Shown here: piece after piece, positions 1 through 10,926 of the stretch
Layout: every line of letters starts with the position of its first letter
Numbering within the stretch: the stretch's first letter is position 1
Origin: a virus
DNA length: 64,000 bases
Strand: one strand, 5' to 3'
Virus record (IMG/VR): IMGVR_UViG_3300030331_006142
Span: 1 to 64,000 of that record
Made by a program: the position numbers and the translations under genes
The notes under the pieces: model-generated
Told to the model about the DNA's origin: nothing
Database searches by the model: none
What the model saw: only the letters and a program-made list of their open reading frames with translations

Positions 1-3000
1 TAGATTATAATCAAATCCTCCGGGGACCGGGCGGAGATTGTCTTCATGAATAACTCTGGCTAGCCTTAGCATATCTTCTCCATTTGTTATCAAAACAGAG
101 TACCTATCGTTATCAGTTTTGGTCAATTCTACAAAATCTTTAAATGCATTAAAAAACCTACTTGAAGCTGCTGTTGGGGTGCCGCTTCCCAGCATTCCGC
201 CGGAAAAGACTGAATTATATAGATGATTTTTATAGTTAACTATAGATTCGCCTTCTGCATACTCATCAATATCATTTAAAAACAAGTCCCTCTTAAATGA
301 TATTATTCTTCTTTTTCTAGTTATAAACCTTGAAGGGGTCCTTCTTATTACTTCTGATTTTCCATCTGCTTCTTGGACATTTGTGTTGAGTGCGGACCCT
401 CCGGGGGCGGTATCAGGATTAGGGTCATATGTTAACCTCATTTGCAAGTGGTAAAAATACTTTCTTATATCGTCAGCACTAAGAGCATTTCTAATGCCTT
501 GAATGAAATCCTTTACATTAAAAATTTCATGGGAAGCATTATGGTCTCCCCTGTTGCTGACCTCATTTCCCTCTTCATCATAGACCGGGTGGGATTCCAG
601 TGAAGAACCGGCAGACTGCAAAAGCGGGTCACCGTCGTCTTCGCCGGCAGGCTGAAACGGTCTTTGAGATATCCGATAAGAAGATATGTCAACAGGGAAA
701 ATACTGTCTTGGTCAAACCTGTTTCTTGCGGACAGTACGTTCATCTGCTGCGGGACCCTTGGCTGAGTCGGGTTGGTTATATATCTATTATCTTCTAAGT
801 TATCGTTTGCAAGAGCTTCTTCAACATTTAAATTGATTATATCTTCGACTATCTTTCTAACTGGGAGCACTATACTTTCCAATCGAGCCAACGGGCCCGT
901 GACCTCTATATAATGCTCAATATGAAAAAAGTTATCTCCACCATTCAATAATATGTCGTGAATACTTTCTGTGTCTGGAGGTAACAACCCTGATAATTCA
1001 TAATTTCTATCGATAATAATATTTCTGGAGTCTTCTAGAGGGTGTGACCAATAAAATTTATCTGGTCTGTTTATTCCTTGTTCTCCCAAATCTCTGCCAA
1101 AAATCCTAAAGTTGGCGCCGGCGCGTCCGTGGTCTCGGATTTGACGGCGGTCAAAAATTAAGTTATCGCTATTCTCAGGGTCTACAGAGGCACTCGTGAA
1201 AGCAAAATCACTATCAAAAGAAATTTGCTCAGATGTAGAAACCACATATTTTCTACTTACATCTGCCTGCGGTATTCCATACTTAACAAACCAGTTGTAA
1301 TAATCTATGTCTAGGGGGTTTTCAAATATGGTCTTCGAGGTGCCTATCAGTCCTAAGAACTGTTTCTTGACCACATCTTTTAGTGCCGCTACTGAGTTCT
1401 CAATCCCTGTGATTCTTTCTATTGGCTTTTTCCAGTGTTTTGTTATTGACTGCCCTTGTCTAAAGGTCAATTCCTCGTGGACAAAATGGTACAAATAATC
1501 ATGTATTAGGGGTTCTTCCGCGACGCCTTCTACATCCCACACTGAAAATGGGATTGCGCCCTTTAATAGAAATTCCACTATGCAAAGTCTTATATACCCT
1601 ATGACACAAACATTTTGTATCGCTTTTTCAAAAGGACCTAAGTCATCAAAATCCAAATTTTCTGGTGCGTTTTCAGGCTTAGCTAGCTCTGCTTGCAGTT
1701 GCTCTGGAAATTCGTCTGTTACTATCTTTTCGAAAGATAAGGCGCCTAACGATGATATATTAAATCTGTTTTTATAACAGCCATCTTGAGTAACTTGAAT
1801 TCGACCCTTCACCCTTCTGATGAAACCATCAAAATACTCTTCGTCAAATAGTCTTGACCTTCTAAGGGCAAAAAACATTTGCTCAAATATGCCTTCTTTA
1901 AAACTAGAAAACTGGTTATTGTAAAACTCATTTCTCAGAATATTATCACGGAATGAGCCCAAGAAAATCTTTTCTGACATGATACCGTCTGTTTGGAGGT
2001 CCCACGGTTGGTCAAACACCCGGTCGACCGCTTGATTTACAGGTGCCCAATATTGCCGAGACATAACCTCTCTTCTTGTGTACAGCCCTGATGGTATTCC
2101 TTGGATTGCCGCATCGTATATTCCGCTTTCTGATAACTGTGCATCAGTGGCAGAGTCTCGATTTAGGCCCGGGCCAGGTAAAGAATCACAATAAGTAAAA
2201 TTAACGGGGCCACCTCTCAACAAAGAAGAGCGCGCCCGATAATTGCTGGGCGAGCCTGGCATAATTTCTATAGTGTATGGGTCAAACTGGTTTGTTGTAG
2301 CAGTACTTGGAAACTCTCTAAGATAGATAGTTGGATTTGAATACCCCAGATTCATAGTAAGGAACATTGTGTTATATCCACCTGCATCTCCACCTATCCC
2401 GCGGGATACATTAACAACTTCAGAACTCAGGCCGCCGGCTAGAGCTTCTCTCGTGTTTTCAAAAGAAGCGTCAAATTTGTCCTTAATGATGGCAAGAAAT
2501 TGTTCCGTAGGTAAGGGAGTAAACATGTTTTCCATTTCTCGGCTCAAATCTTGCTGCATCTTATTGAGTCTTTCGTTTACAAGTTGCTGCAAAAACTTTA
2601 TTGCTTCGTCTTGGCCTACACTATTTGCATCGACATCAGCCGGGTCTTGTTGTGATATTGCCTTTTTTAAAAGTTTGTAGAGACCCACTGAGCCGTGATT
2701 TGACAATGGAGAAGTTTTAGAGTTCAAATAGTTGCTTGGTGAAGCCATTTCAGCTATTGATAAGGGCACTTTTCCATAGTCAATATCATCGTCCTCTTCA
2801 CTTTGCGGGTCTATAGGCTCTACAATAGCTGGGCGTTGAGTTTGGCTGTCGATGAACATGTAACCATCTAGAGAATACCCCACTGGCCGTAAAAAGAATC
2901 TATCTCTTATCTCTAAGTCGTCGTATGAACTTCTAGAATCATAACTAACTGTTGAAAAATTCTCAACCGCGGTTTGTGGTAGTCGAGTGCGGTCGTCGGA

Positions 3001-6000
3001 TGGCTTCAAATAAACTTTACTTATTAATTTTCTTCTCTCTTCTATTAAGTGAGGATAATACTCTAAATCGTAAACTTGATGCAGCAAGTAAAGTTGTGTG
3101 TGAAGACTACCCTCTGTGACGGCGCCGGCGCTTTGTTTCGAATAGGTACTAAAAAGCTTTAAATTCTCTAAAATAGTCTCCACGATTATTGCTGATTTTT
3201 CATTATATTTTTCATCGTTTGGGTGTGGCAGCCTATTATAGTTCAAGAAAAAAGAATTTCTATATGTGGTAAGACTTGTTAAGTAGCTTGTTTTGGCAGC
3301 GTCGAATATCTCAGCCGCTGTCCTTTCTGAAGACCCCTTAAGATTGCCAGGAATAGTAGAAATTAAAGCATTTTCATTCCCAAATTCATAGGCCGGAGGA
3401 ACTATAGCACTAATTCCTCCATCTGCAAGTGCTTCGAATGCTTGGGCTTGGTCCATGAGGTTTGTATTTGCCATATCTACAGCTTGTTGTATCTCTTCAT
3501 CTGTCGCTTCGTTCGCCAGCATCCTTCTTCTTACCTGGCTTATATAATCAGCTGTGTCTTCGCAAGAGGCGCGCCCAGGAATAAAAGTAGCTTGTTGTAA
3601 ATTTTCACAAAAACCATCAGGAATAAAAATAGATATGACCTCGAAAAACTTTGTTAACGCTTCTTCATCCGAAATGCTAGATATTCCTAACCTTTCTGAA
3701 ACTTTTAATATCATATTAACAGTTGCTGCGTCGAGCTTTTCTCCGTTAAAGAGCCTACAAAGTTCCTCTCCTGTTAAAAACAGACCTACCTCGTCGATAA
3801 GCTGCTTTGATGCTTCTCTTTCCTTTTTTTTGATGTCCATTTCCAATAGACCTTCGGCTAATGCGGCTTGGACCCCGGGCGTAGCCATGCTTGCAGTACC
3901 ATATAAGTCATCAATAAGTTGGTCTCTACATATTGGACTTTGTAATAAATCTAAAATAAATTGCGCATAACGGCACAACATACGTGTGAGGATTTCAAAA
4001 AACCTATCAAGCATAAATTTTATAAGCCACCACCACCAGCCGAATATTGGCAACTTTGGTAAATCAGGAACTCTAAAATTAGGTATCGAGATATTGACTG
4101 CAGGCAATTTTAAGCACTTAAATATATCGCACAATATCGCCCTTAGCGACACCTTGTCTAAAAATTGAGTAAAAATTGTCTCGATGGACTTGCAGTTTTT
4201 TCCTATTGTGCCCAATAGTTCATCTGTGCCGAACTTCTCATCATACTTAAACATGCCCCCTTCACCATTTTTCTTGAGCCACTCACTAGCAGGAGTTGCA
4301 AAATTTTCAGAATACCACTGGTGTATTGGATTAGCATCATCTAATTGGCCAGATAGGCCTAAAGTATGCTTGACAAGAAAAGCTAAACCTTTCTGGCCGG
4401 CGCCCAAGTCGTCACAAGAGCCGTCTGCGTCGCCAAAGAAAGATTCCCCTATTTGCTTGTACCAATCTCCAGTGAAGAGGCGGCGACCCGACATAGCCCT
4501 TACTTGCGCCAAATATCCAACTGTTCTTGGGCGTGCCAGTGATGTACCAGGACGAAGCTTTGACTCTATATTACTTACTAGTGCTCCGCCGGCTGTAATG
4601 CTTTTTATTTTTAGCCCCCCTGAAGTGTGGGCATATTCAATATTTATTCTGGATGATGGAGTACCGATGGTGGCGAGAAGTGGATTGAAGCCTTCTGTTG
4701 TAAGTTTCGTATTGCCGGCAGAATCAGTTTGTGCAAAGCCCCCAGAACCAAAATTAAAATTCTTAGTGTTAGGGTCCTGCCTTATCACTCTCTTTAGGTC
4801 CCCCAAAACTTCTAGAAGTTTTGCTGATTCGAGGGCGCCATTAAAACCCTCTATTCCCTTGAAAGAAACCTTGTCCTTAACACACTTTTCGTATGCTCCT
4901 TTTATTGCTTTTGAAGCGCGCTGAAGCATTTCTCCAAGCTGCTCATATGTAAAACTATCAGACATTGGGGTATCTTCCCCGAATGGCTTACCTACACTTC
5001 CTGCTCCACGATTTTGAGGACCATCGGCCAACCACCCAAGAGTATAATCATATATTGGCATGCCAAGATTGTCAACTAGTGTGTTTCGGAACTCAGGAGA
5101 ATCTGTTTGCCAGTTTCCAAAATTTAAATTGGGGTTACCAAAAACGCCTAAGTCAACACGAGCAGATGCAGCATTAGCCTCTGTCTGGTAAGTCTCAAGG
5201 GCCTTTTCTCTTAAGATTCTAGAAATCTCTCTCCTTCTCTTTGCAGCTAAAGCTTTATATTCTTGAAACCTTCTTTTTTGCATTTCGGGTGAAGGTGGCG
5301 TATCGTCACATGTCGGAGTAATTACGCCTGGAGACATTTGTTCGACTTCTTCTGGTCTAGCATCTGGCTCTTCTCTTTGTTCCTCTTCTCGATGGAAGTA
5401 TCCTTCGTTTATGAAATCCAGCTTCTTTTTATTAATCAAAAATTTTGCTCTATAGAAATCGCCCGGGCGGAGAGATGGTGTCCTGAATTCAATAAACTGA
5501 ACTAGTGGTCTTTCAGATGAGTTATATATAATATTTTCCTGATATGAAGAGTATTCCATATCTTCATATGGATGGTAAGCGCCGCGGGTGTGCTCGTTGA
5601 ATCTGTTTGTTATTTCTCCTCTGTTGTTCCTATCATAACTTGTAAGCGGACTCCCTATGATACTAGCATTAGTGCGGGTCGTAATCGCGTAATTATCTAA
5701 ATCTGTATATTCTTCATTGTGGTATGTCGACATGAAAGGGTTTCTATTGACGCCATAATAACCTTGAAAAACGGGGTCGTTTTCTTTGTGGAACCAAACA
5801 TGAGGCTTGCCATAAAATCTTAAAATTTCTGTCAGTGCGGCATCTTCCATCTTGGAAACAATTTCTCTGTATTCGTCGTCTTCTTGTCTTGGTGGAAGAT
5901 TCGACAGTGTATACTCTGTAGTTGTAAAATGACCTATCAACGTATCATCAATTATAAAAGGGTCCGGGTCAGTAAGTGGGTCCGGCTCGAACGCTCGACG

Positions 6001-7098
6001 CGTCGCATTGGCATAGTCTTGGTTACTCATGTTGTGAGTTCCAAGTTCCCTAGGGTCAAACTCAGAAGCGGTCTCGAAGGCAGAGTATAGCATGCTTTTT
6101 CTTTCTTTTGGAATTATTGCATACTTTAAAACGCCAAAATGCTCTGACTTAAAATAATAGTCATCGTCATCGATATTAACATCTTCAAATGAAGAAACCT
6201 GTTGTTTATATTTTTCTAAAAATTGCTTCGCCTTGGCTCCTATCCCTTTGTAAGCGTCGAGGGCGCGGCCGAAGTCAGCAAATTGATTTGCAGTAGGTTC
6301 AACAATCGAGCCATCGTTATCTGCAAGAACAAACTTTTGTTGCAAGTCATTGTTTATAAAGGACTCCCAAAGGCCGCGAATCACAAGGTCATATGCACCA
6401 TCTTCGTTTTCAAAAACCTGCTCATCGTGATAGTAAGAAGTGTTTCCGATTGATGAGCGAGGGCGCCAGCCATGCATGACTGCCAAGGTTGCTTCGGAGA
6501 TTGTGCCGAAATCCCTAGCAAACATCTCTAGCATAACATCGATTTGCAATGCCATGAAAAACTGTTCATCCTCTTCAGTCATCGTCCCCATGACCTCATC
6601 GCTAGTGAATTCACCTAAAATAGTTGCCCTTGCTGCTGGCCAACCGCGGGAGGCAAATTCGCCAACAGCTTGGACTATGCGGCCGCCGGTCTTCCACGAG
6701 GGTTCATCGATACTTCCTCTTCTCTCTTCGAAATCTTCTCTTTTTTCTAATGTCTCAGCGATATTGAATTTTATAAAATTATAACAAAGTATATAAAATT
6801 GATTATCTAGCTGGAATTTCATTAAGTAATTTTGCAGGTTACTATCAAAAGTTGCCGCTTCGCGCGAGGTAGAAATCTGACCTGTGATACAGTCAAACCA
6901 ACTATTAGGGTCTTCTCTCTCTAAAGAGGGGTCCTCATCATTTTCTTCTATCAGTTCTGAATAGGGAATTATTTGTCCTAGGGCCCTTTTCACTATCATT
7001 ATGTCTCGGCCTATTTCACCGAATTGGCGCGGACCGAAACTAACTTTTTGGTCGCTTTCTTCTTTAATTAGTTCGATTTTGAAGGGTCTAATTGCCAT
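1..7098 (-). CDS. Giant putative virion structural protein, >2,366 aa, truncated at window edge; N-terminus resembles a peptidoglycan-binding helix motif
   Basis: ATG at 7098 reads MAIRPFKIELIKESDQKVSFGPRQFGEIGRDIMIVKRALG...FDSNLQNYLMKFQLDN. The same frame is open at both ends I checked, including position 1. It is absent from the ORF track, consistent with no stop in the window, and only short shadow ORFs are listed here. Confidence 0.75.
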   Translation of the reverse strand, partial: MAIRPFKIELIKEESDQKVSFGPRQFGEIGRDIMIVKRALGQIIPYSELIEENDEDPSLEREDPNSWFDCITGQISTSREAATFDSNLQNYLMKFQLDNQFYILCYNFIKFNIAETLEKREDFEERRGSIDEPSWKTGGRIVQAVGEFASRGWPAARATILGEFTSDEVMGTMTEEDEQFFMALQIDVMLEMFARDFGTISEATLAVMHGWRPRSSIGNTSYYHDEQVFENEDGAYDLVIRGLWESFINNDLQQKFVLADNDGSIVEPTANQFADFGRALDAYKGIGAKAKQFLEKYKQQVSSFEDVNIDDDDYYFKSEHFGVLKYAIIPKERKSMLYSAFETASEFDPRELGTHNMSNQDYANATRRAFEPDPLTDPDPFIIDDTLIGHFTTTEYTLSNLPPRQEDDEYREIVSKMEDAALTEILRFYGKPHVWFHKENDPVFQGYYGVNRNPFMSTYHNEEYTDLDNYAITTRTNASIIGSPLTSYDRNNRGEITNRFNEHTRGAYHPYEDMEYSSYQENIIYNSSERPLVQFIEFRTPSLRPGDFYRAKFLINKKKLDFINEGYFHREEEQREEPDARPEEVEQMSPGVITPTCDDTPPSPEMQKRRFQEYKALAAKRRREISRILREKALETYQTEANAASARVDLGVFGNPNLNFGNWQTDSPEFRNTLVDNLGMPIYDYTLGWLADGPQNRGAGSVGKPFGEDTPMSDSFTYEQLGEMLQRASKAIKGAYEKCVKDKVSFKGIEGFNGALESAKLLEVLGDLKRVIRQDPNTKNFNFGSGGFAQTDSAGNTKLTTEGFNPLLATIGTPSSRINIEYAHTSGGLKIKSITAGGALVSNIESKLRPGTSLARPRTVGYLAQVRAMSGRRLFTGDWYKQIGESFFGDADGSCDDLGAGQKGLAFLVKHTLGLSGQLDDANPIHQWYSENFATPASEWLKKNGEGGMFKYDEKFGTDELLGTIGKNCKSIETIFTQFLDKVSLRAILCDIFKCLKLPAVNISIPNFRVPDLPKLPIFGWWWWLIKFMLDRFFEILTRMLCRYAQFILDLLQSPICRDQLIDDLYGTASMATPGVQAALAEGLLEMDIKKKEREASKQLIDEVGLFLTGEELCRLFNGEKLDAATVNMILKVSERLGISSISDEEALTKFFEVISIFIPDGFCENLQQATFIPGRASCEDTADYISQVRRRMLANEATDEEIQQAVDMANTNLMDQAQAFEALADGGISAIVPPAYEFGNENALISTIPGNLKGSSERTAAEIFDAAKTSYLTSLTTYRNSFFLNYNRLPHPNDEKYNEKSAIIVETILENLKLFSTYSKQSAGAVTEGSLHTQLYLLHQVYDLEYYPHLIEERRKLISKVYLKPSDDRTRLPQTAVENFSTVSYDSRSSYDDLEIRDRFFLRPVGYSLDGYMFIDSQTQRPAIVEPIDPQSEEDDDIDYGKVPLSIAEMASPSNYLNSKTSPLSNHGSVGLYKLLKKAISQQDPADVDANSVGQDEAIKFLQQLVNERLNKMQQDLSREMENMFTPLPTEQFLAIIKDKFDASFENTREALAGGLSSEVVNVSRGIGGDAGGYNTMFLTMNLGYSNPTIYLREFPSTATTNQFDPYTIEIMPGSPSNYRARSSLLRGGPVNFTYCDSLPGPGLNRDSATDAQLSESGIYDAAIQGIPSGLYTRREVMSRQYWAPVNQAVDRVFDQPWDLQTDGIMSEKIFLGSFRDNILRNEFYNNQFSSFKEGIFEQMFFALRRSRLFDEEYFDGFIRRVKGRIQVTQDGCYKNRFNISSLGALSFEKIVTDEFPEQLQAELAKPENAPENLDFDDLGPFEKAIQNVCVIGYIRLCIVEFLLKGAIPFSVWDVEGVAEEPLIHDYLYHFVHEELTFRQGQSITKHWKKPIERITGIENSVAALKDVVKKQFLGLIGTSKTIFENPLDIDYYNWFVKYGIPQADVSRKYVVSTSEQISFDSDFAFTSASVDPENSDNLIFDRRQIRDHGRAGANFRIFGRDLGEQGINRPDKFYWSHPLEDSRNIIIDRNYELSGLLPPDTESIHDILLNGGDNFFHIEHYIEVTGPLARLESIVLPVRKIVEDIINLNVEEALANDNLEDNRYITNPTQPRVPQQMNVLSARNRFDQDSIFPVDISSYRISQRPFQPAGEDDGDPLLQSAGSSLESHPVYDEEGNEVSNRGDHNASHEIFNVKDFIQGIRNALSADDIRKYFYHLQMRLTYDPNPDTAPGGSALNTNVQEADGKSEVIRRTPSRFITRKRRIISFKRDLFLNDIDEYAEGESIVNYKNHLYNSVFSGGMLGSGTPTAASSRFFNAFKDFVELTKTDNDRYSVLITNGEDMLRLARVIHEDNLRPVPGGFDYNL

Positions 7099-7126
7099 TA
7101 TCTATAGTATACCTTTTGTCTTCTAA

Positions 7127-8668
7127 TTAGTTAGTCGTATTATATCTGCTTAATATATATTTATCTGTTATTGGGTTAAAATAATTAATTCTATGAGATA
7201 CATTATTTACATCTTGGAAGAAAACCTGAAACCTTTCACTTATCTTGCTGAACGCGGTGGCGAAACCCATGACCCTGGTCATTGGGTCGATTATAGTTGG
7301 GGCGCCTGGCGCAGCAATTTGGAAGTGATTTGTTAGAGCTAAATTAAAATTATGCTGAGATGCTATCGCTGCATCTAGAGTTTTAGTAACGTCTGATATT
7401 ATTTCCATCATCTTTTCCAAGCACTCAATTAGGTTATGCCCCAGCACTAGAGGCTGCTGTTGCGACATATTTTCCTTGTCTTTAAATTGTCCGTTTTCCG
7501 CAATTAAATGTATGCCATTATTTTGCTTGATTCGGTTTCCATTAGAATTGTAAATTTCGTTTGGGCCACCAGTTACAATTTTTATATCCTGCCTTGAGTG
7601 AATCCTAACTTTATCTGCTTTTATCATGATTCCAGAAGTAGGCACAACTGATTTTTTGTCGGACCTACCAAATACAGGGTCTTCAATATTTTCATCAAAC
7701 AAATTTTGAGTTATTTTAAAGTTTTCATCTATGTTTGTCATTTGGCTAATATAGATTCTTGCTGCATCCATTACCATGCCCGGGTGGCGGCCATTAAAAA
7801 GACGGGCATCCTGTATCTCTGGTGGAGTTGTCGTGTTGAAGCTCGGCGCGACGACTATATCTCTGATTATAGGTACGTCTTGTTCAGGCTTATTTTCGCT
7901 ATTTTGTGAATAATCTTTTCCAATATTCTCCAGCGGAAATGGTGCCATAAGACCAACAACAATATCTATGGCGCCTGCACCCATGTGGTCAGAATACCCA
8001 GAGCTTGTTTTTATTTTTGTTTGGTTTTTGCTGTATATTAAGTCTTTTTCAGGCGCAAAATCTCTTCCCAAAACTATTCTTGCATTATTTTTGTTTTCAA
8101 TAACCTTGTCGCCCGGGCGTGTAAAGTATCTAGGATGTGGCTCTTTAAGCTTTGTGCCATTAAGCCCATCTGACTTTTCCTTTGAACCCCTTATTGTGTC
8201 ATAGGGGATATGATTTTTGGGTTTACCTTTTATCATCAATGGGTCTTGTCCATCATCGATGTTTTTCTCTTCTGCGGATGCTTTGGCCAAATCTCTCTGC
8301 TCATCTTCTGTTAGGTTTCCGCTTACTATATTAGCTAAATCAGCTGCAAATTCTTGCTCTTCTGGGGACAAATTTTGATTCAACTCTTCACCTGTTGCTT
8401 CTAGGAACGCTGTGCTAGCTGCGTCTTGTCTTTGGGGTCGGCCTACTAAATTATCTATGTTCTCCCCTCTTGGGATATCAAACCTGTTTCTTATGGTTCT
8501 GTCAAACCTGCCGCGTGCTCCCGCGATGGCATCGGAGGCATTTGGTGAGGAAAATTCACTAATTACAGGGCGGCCGTTTATCTCAACAGTATACCGAACC
8601 ATATACTGATTGTTGCTTTGTTTCTCTATTGAATACTTTGGCTCTTTTGTAACATTAAAATCTGACAT
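7127..8668 (-). CDS. Putative baseplate spike/hub (gp5-like C-terminal) protein
   Basis: 513 aa with beta-rich motifs ARIVLGRD, GAIDIVVG, DAARIYISQ, IMIKADKVRIHSRQDIKI and QPLVLGHNL, as recalled from large-myophage spike proteins; lies next to the giant ORF. Confidence 0.5.
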   Translation of the reverse strand: MSDFNVTKEPKYSIEKQSNNQYMVRYTVEINGRPVISEFSSPNASDAIAGARGRFDRTIRNRFDIPRGENIDNLVGRPQRQDAASTAFLEATGEELNQNLSPEEQEFAADLANIVSGNLTEDEQRDLAKASAEEKNIDDGQDPLMIKGKPKNHIPYDTIRGSKEKSDGLNGTKLKEPHPRYFTRPGDKVIENKNNARIVLGRDFAPEKDLIYSKNQTKIKTSSGYSDHMGAGAIDIVVGLMAPFPLENIGKDYSQNSENKPEQDVPIIRDIVVAPSFNTTTPPEIQDARLFNGRHPGMVMDAARIYISQMTNIDENFKITQNLFDENIEDPVFGRSDKKSVVPTSGIMIKADKVRIHSRQDIKIVTGGPNEIYNSNGNRIKQNNGIHLIAENGQFKDKENMSQQQPLVLGHNLIECLEKMMEIISDVTKTLDAAIASQHNFNLALTNHFQIAAPGAPTIIDPMTRVMGFATAFSKISERFQVFFQDVNNVSHRINYFNPITDKYILSRYNTTN

Positions 8669-8692
8669 GGATAACCTTCTTTTTTTTATTTT

Positions 8693-9289
8693 TTAATCTT
8701 TGATGTAGTCCAGAATTACACATTTTGAATAATCGTAATCTCTTTGAAATTCTACTTGAACCGGCTGCATTGGTGGAGGAATTTGAGCATCGCCGGCTAG
8801 CAAAGAAAACCCAACAGGAAACCTTGATATTCTGTCAAAGTCTAATTTTGCTTGAGGGTTGTTGTTTACTTTTAATTTTTTTCTAATGATTTCCGCTTGC
8901 TCTTTTAATATATCTTGCTTTTTACCACCTGATGAAACCTTGGGCTTGAGAGCAAGCAATTTACCCACAAAGCCCCCGGATGGCATCGGCAAACAAGAGC
9001 AAAGCTCGGGAATAAAAATAATAGATTTTATCACTAAAGGTTGGGATGTCTTTTTGTCGACATCGCCGGATGGTGGTGTGTAAATAGTGCCTGTAAAAGA
9101 CTCATCATAAGCTTTCATAAACTCTTTTAGGGTCATCAAGGTGGATAAAAATATTGCCCCTTTCATCTTTACGGGCTTCTGCTTTCTTGATGTTTTCTCT
9201 TTTAGTAGGCTTGTAAGTTGCGCTACCATCTTTCCCGGGTCTGTACTGATTGCGGTACCGGGTACCATTGGTGTTGTTGAAGTAAACAT
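8693..9289 (-). CDS. Hypothetical protein
   Basis: 198 aa ORF abutting the upstream gene. Confidence 0.65.
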   Translation of the reverse strand: MFTSTTPMVPGTAISTDPGKMVAQLTSLLKEKTSRKQKPVKMKGAIFLSTLMTLKEFMKAYDESFTGTIYTPPSGDVDKKTSQPLVIKSIIFIPELCSCLPMPSGGFVGKLLALKPKVSSGGKKQDILKEQAEIIRKKLKVNNNPQAKLDFDRISRFPVGFSLLAGDAQIPPPMQPVQVEFQRDYDYSKCVILDYIKD

Positions 9290-9591
9290 TAGGAACCCTC
9301 TTCTTCTGCATTATTGTTTATAATATCGAATATATCTTGTTTCTCTTCTTCAGAAATGGAAACGTTTATGTTTTCCTTTTTTTGAACCAGTGCTGCCAAC
9401 TTTACAAGCTGTTCATTTGACCTTTGAAGGGTTTCTAGGTACTTTGCAGCCACTAAACCTACTTCTCTATGCCTATCGTCGCCGGATTGCATATATTTCA
9501 TCAAGTTCATTAGCAAAGTCTTGGTCGCCGCGCGGTCTTCAGTAATATTATTTTTCGCTTGCTCAATAAAGTCTTCTGTTTTTTTTCGCAT
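9289..9591 (-). CDS. Hypothetical helical phage protein
   Basis: 100 aa ORF with TATTTATAATATG upstream. Confidence 0.7.
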   Translation of the reverse strand: MRKKTEDFIEQAKNNITEDRAATKTLLMNLMKYMQSGDDRHREVGLVAAKYLETLQRSNEQLVKLAALVQKKENINVSISEEEKQDIFDIINNNAEEEGS

Positions 9592-9618
9592 ATTATAAAT
9601 ATTTTTACTTAAAAAAAA

Positions 9619-10371
9619 TCACTCTTTAATCCACCTTGTTTTCCACGTTCTATATTTTTCTCTGATTTTATTTAAGTTATTCACAACCTGCTTCGTGTTC
9701 AGGCCTGTAAGTTCTCTAAGATAAAGGTATACTGCTTTTTTGTTAAAAATTTCGATATCTTCAATATTATGGAACAAGACCCTAACCGCATCTAGGACTA
9801 TTTTTTCATTTTTCTTCAAATTTGGGACATCCCATGAATCCATGGTTTCTAGCAGGGATTCCCAAAATTCTTTTTCTATTGTTTGATACAAATATGATTC
9901 TGAATTATCTGTTGTGCCCAAAATATCTGGGCCTCCATTTTCTACTAAATTCTCAAAAGATACTTCTCTTTTCATCTTTTTAGAATTTTGCTTTACTTTG
10001 TGTATAAACCAATTTTTTGTCACAACCGAAAAATAAGAAAAAGCCTTTGAACCTTTATTCGGGTCATATTTATTTAAAATTGTAGTTAGCCAAATTTTAC
10101 AGTCGTCTTTTAGGAAATCTATATTGGGAAGTATGTTAAATTTATAAGTAAAAATTATCTTATCGACCATCTCGCTAAACGCTGGTTGTATTAAGGACTC
10201 GTAAAGTTCTGTTCTTATTCTTATATCTTGCGTTGAGCAGTATTCAATTATTGCCCTTTCATGAACTTTGGTAAAATATAAATTTTTTGTCCTCTTTCTT
10301 CTTCTTCTTTTCGGCCTACTACTAACCACGCCGGATGGGGGCTGAGTGTTTACGTGGTTTTCTGCTTTCAA
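9619..10371 (-). CDS. Phage late-transcription sigma factor (gp55-like, sigma70 region 2)
   Basis: YFT...AIIEY, followed by NKYDPNKGSKAFSYFSVVTKNWFIH, a region-2-like segment. Confidence 0.7.
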   Translation of the reverse strand: MKAENHVNTQPPSGVVSSRPKRRRRKRTKNLYFTKVHERAIIEYCSTQDIRIRTELYESLIQPAFSEMVDKIIFTYKFNILPNIDFLKDDCKIWLTTILNKYDPNKGSKAFSYFSVVTKNWFIHKVKQNSKKMKREVSFENLVENGGPDILGTTDNSESYLYQTIEKEFWESLLETMDSWDVPNLKKNEKIVLDAVRVLFHNIEDIEIFNKKAVYLYLRELTGLNTKQVVNNLNKIREKYRTWKTRWIKE

Positions 10372-10670
10372 TTCTCTGCCTCCGTTTCAGAGGGTAAACT
10401 GTCACTTTCACCTTCGTACATTATATAATCTAAATCTCCAACTTCGTCTGTTAATGCCTTGCCATGCTCTATCAAAGCTAGCAGGGTCTTGTCTCCATAA
10501 AACATCTCCATTTCGTGGACAGATTCAACATGACTAACATACTCGGAAATAATTTCTGATATTCTGACAAATTCATCTTCTTTTGTTTTTATAATTTTTA
10601 TTAACCACCTTGCATATAAAAAGAAAACAAGGTTTATAAATAAACTTATGCCTATTATTGCCCATTCCAT
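10368..10670 (-). CDS. Small membrane-anchored protein
   Basis: N-terminal hydrophobic helix WAIIGISLFINLVFFLY. Confidence 0.65.
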   Translation of the reverse strand: MEWAIIGISLFINLVFFLYARWLIKIIKTKEDEFVRISEIISEYVSHVESVHEMEMFYGDKTLLALIEHGKALTDEVGDLDYIMYEGESDSLPSETEAEN

Positions 10671-10671
10671 A

Positions 10672-10926
10672 TTATTCTAAAACCTCATCTTTCAATTGTT
10701 TTTTTTGCTTTTTTAGTTCGTCTTTCGCTTCTTCAATAAAAGAATCTACAATTTTGCCGGGGCGCTTGTTATTTTTTTTCTTTACTTTTCCAATTGAAAA
10801 ATTTGGTAACTTAATTAGCGTGTCTTTTCTGTGGCAGAGGGTACAAACTTCTTGCACAAAAAACATGCCATGGTTAATTTCAAATGTGCCATGGCACGCT
10901 TCGCACTTGTATGCATACCTTGGCAC
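10672..10926 (-). CDS. FmdB-family zinc-ribbon protein
   Basis: MPRYAYKCEACHGTFE...CTLC. Confidence 0.8.
   Translation of the reverse strand: MPRYAYKCEACHGTFEINHGMFFVQEVCTLCHRKDTLIKLPNFSIGKVKKKNNKRPGKIVDSFIEEAKDELKKQKKQLKDEVLE

Noticed and set aside
513-6784. Short ORFs listed in the track for 0.5-6.8 kb
   Set aside because: They are shadows of the giant minus-strand ORF, mostly antisense and Ser/Phe-rich
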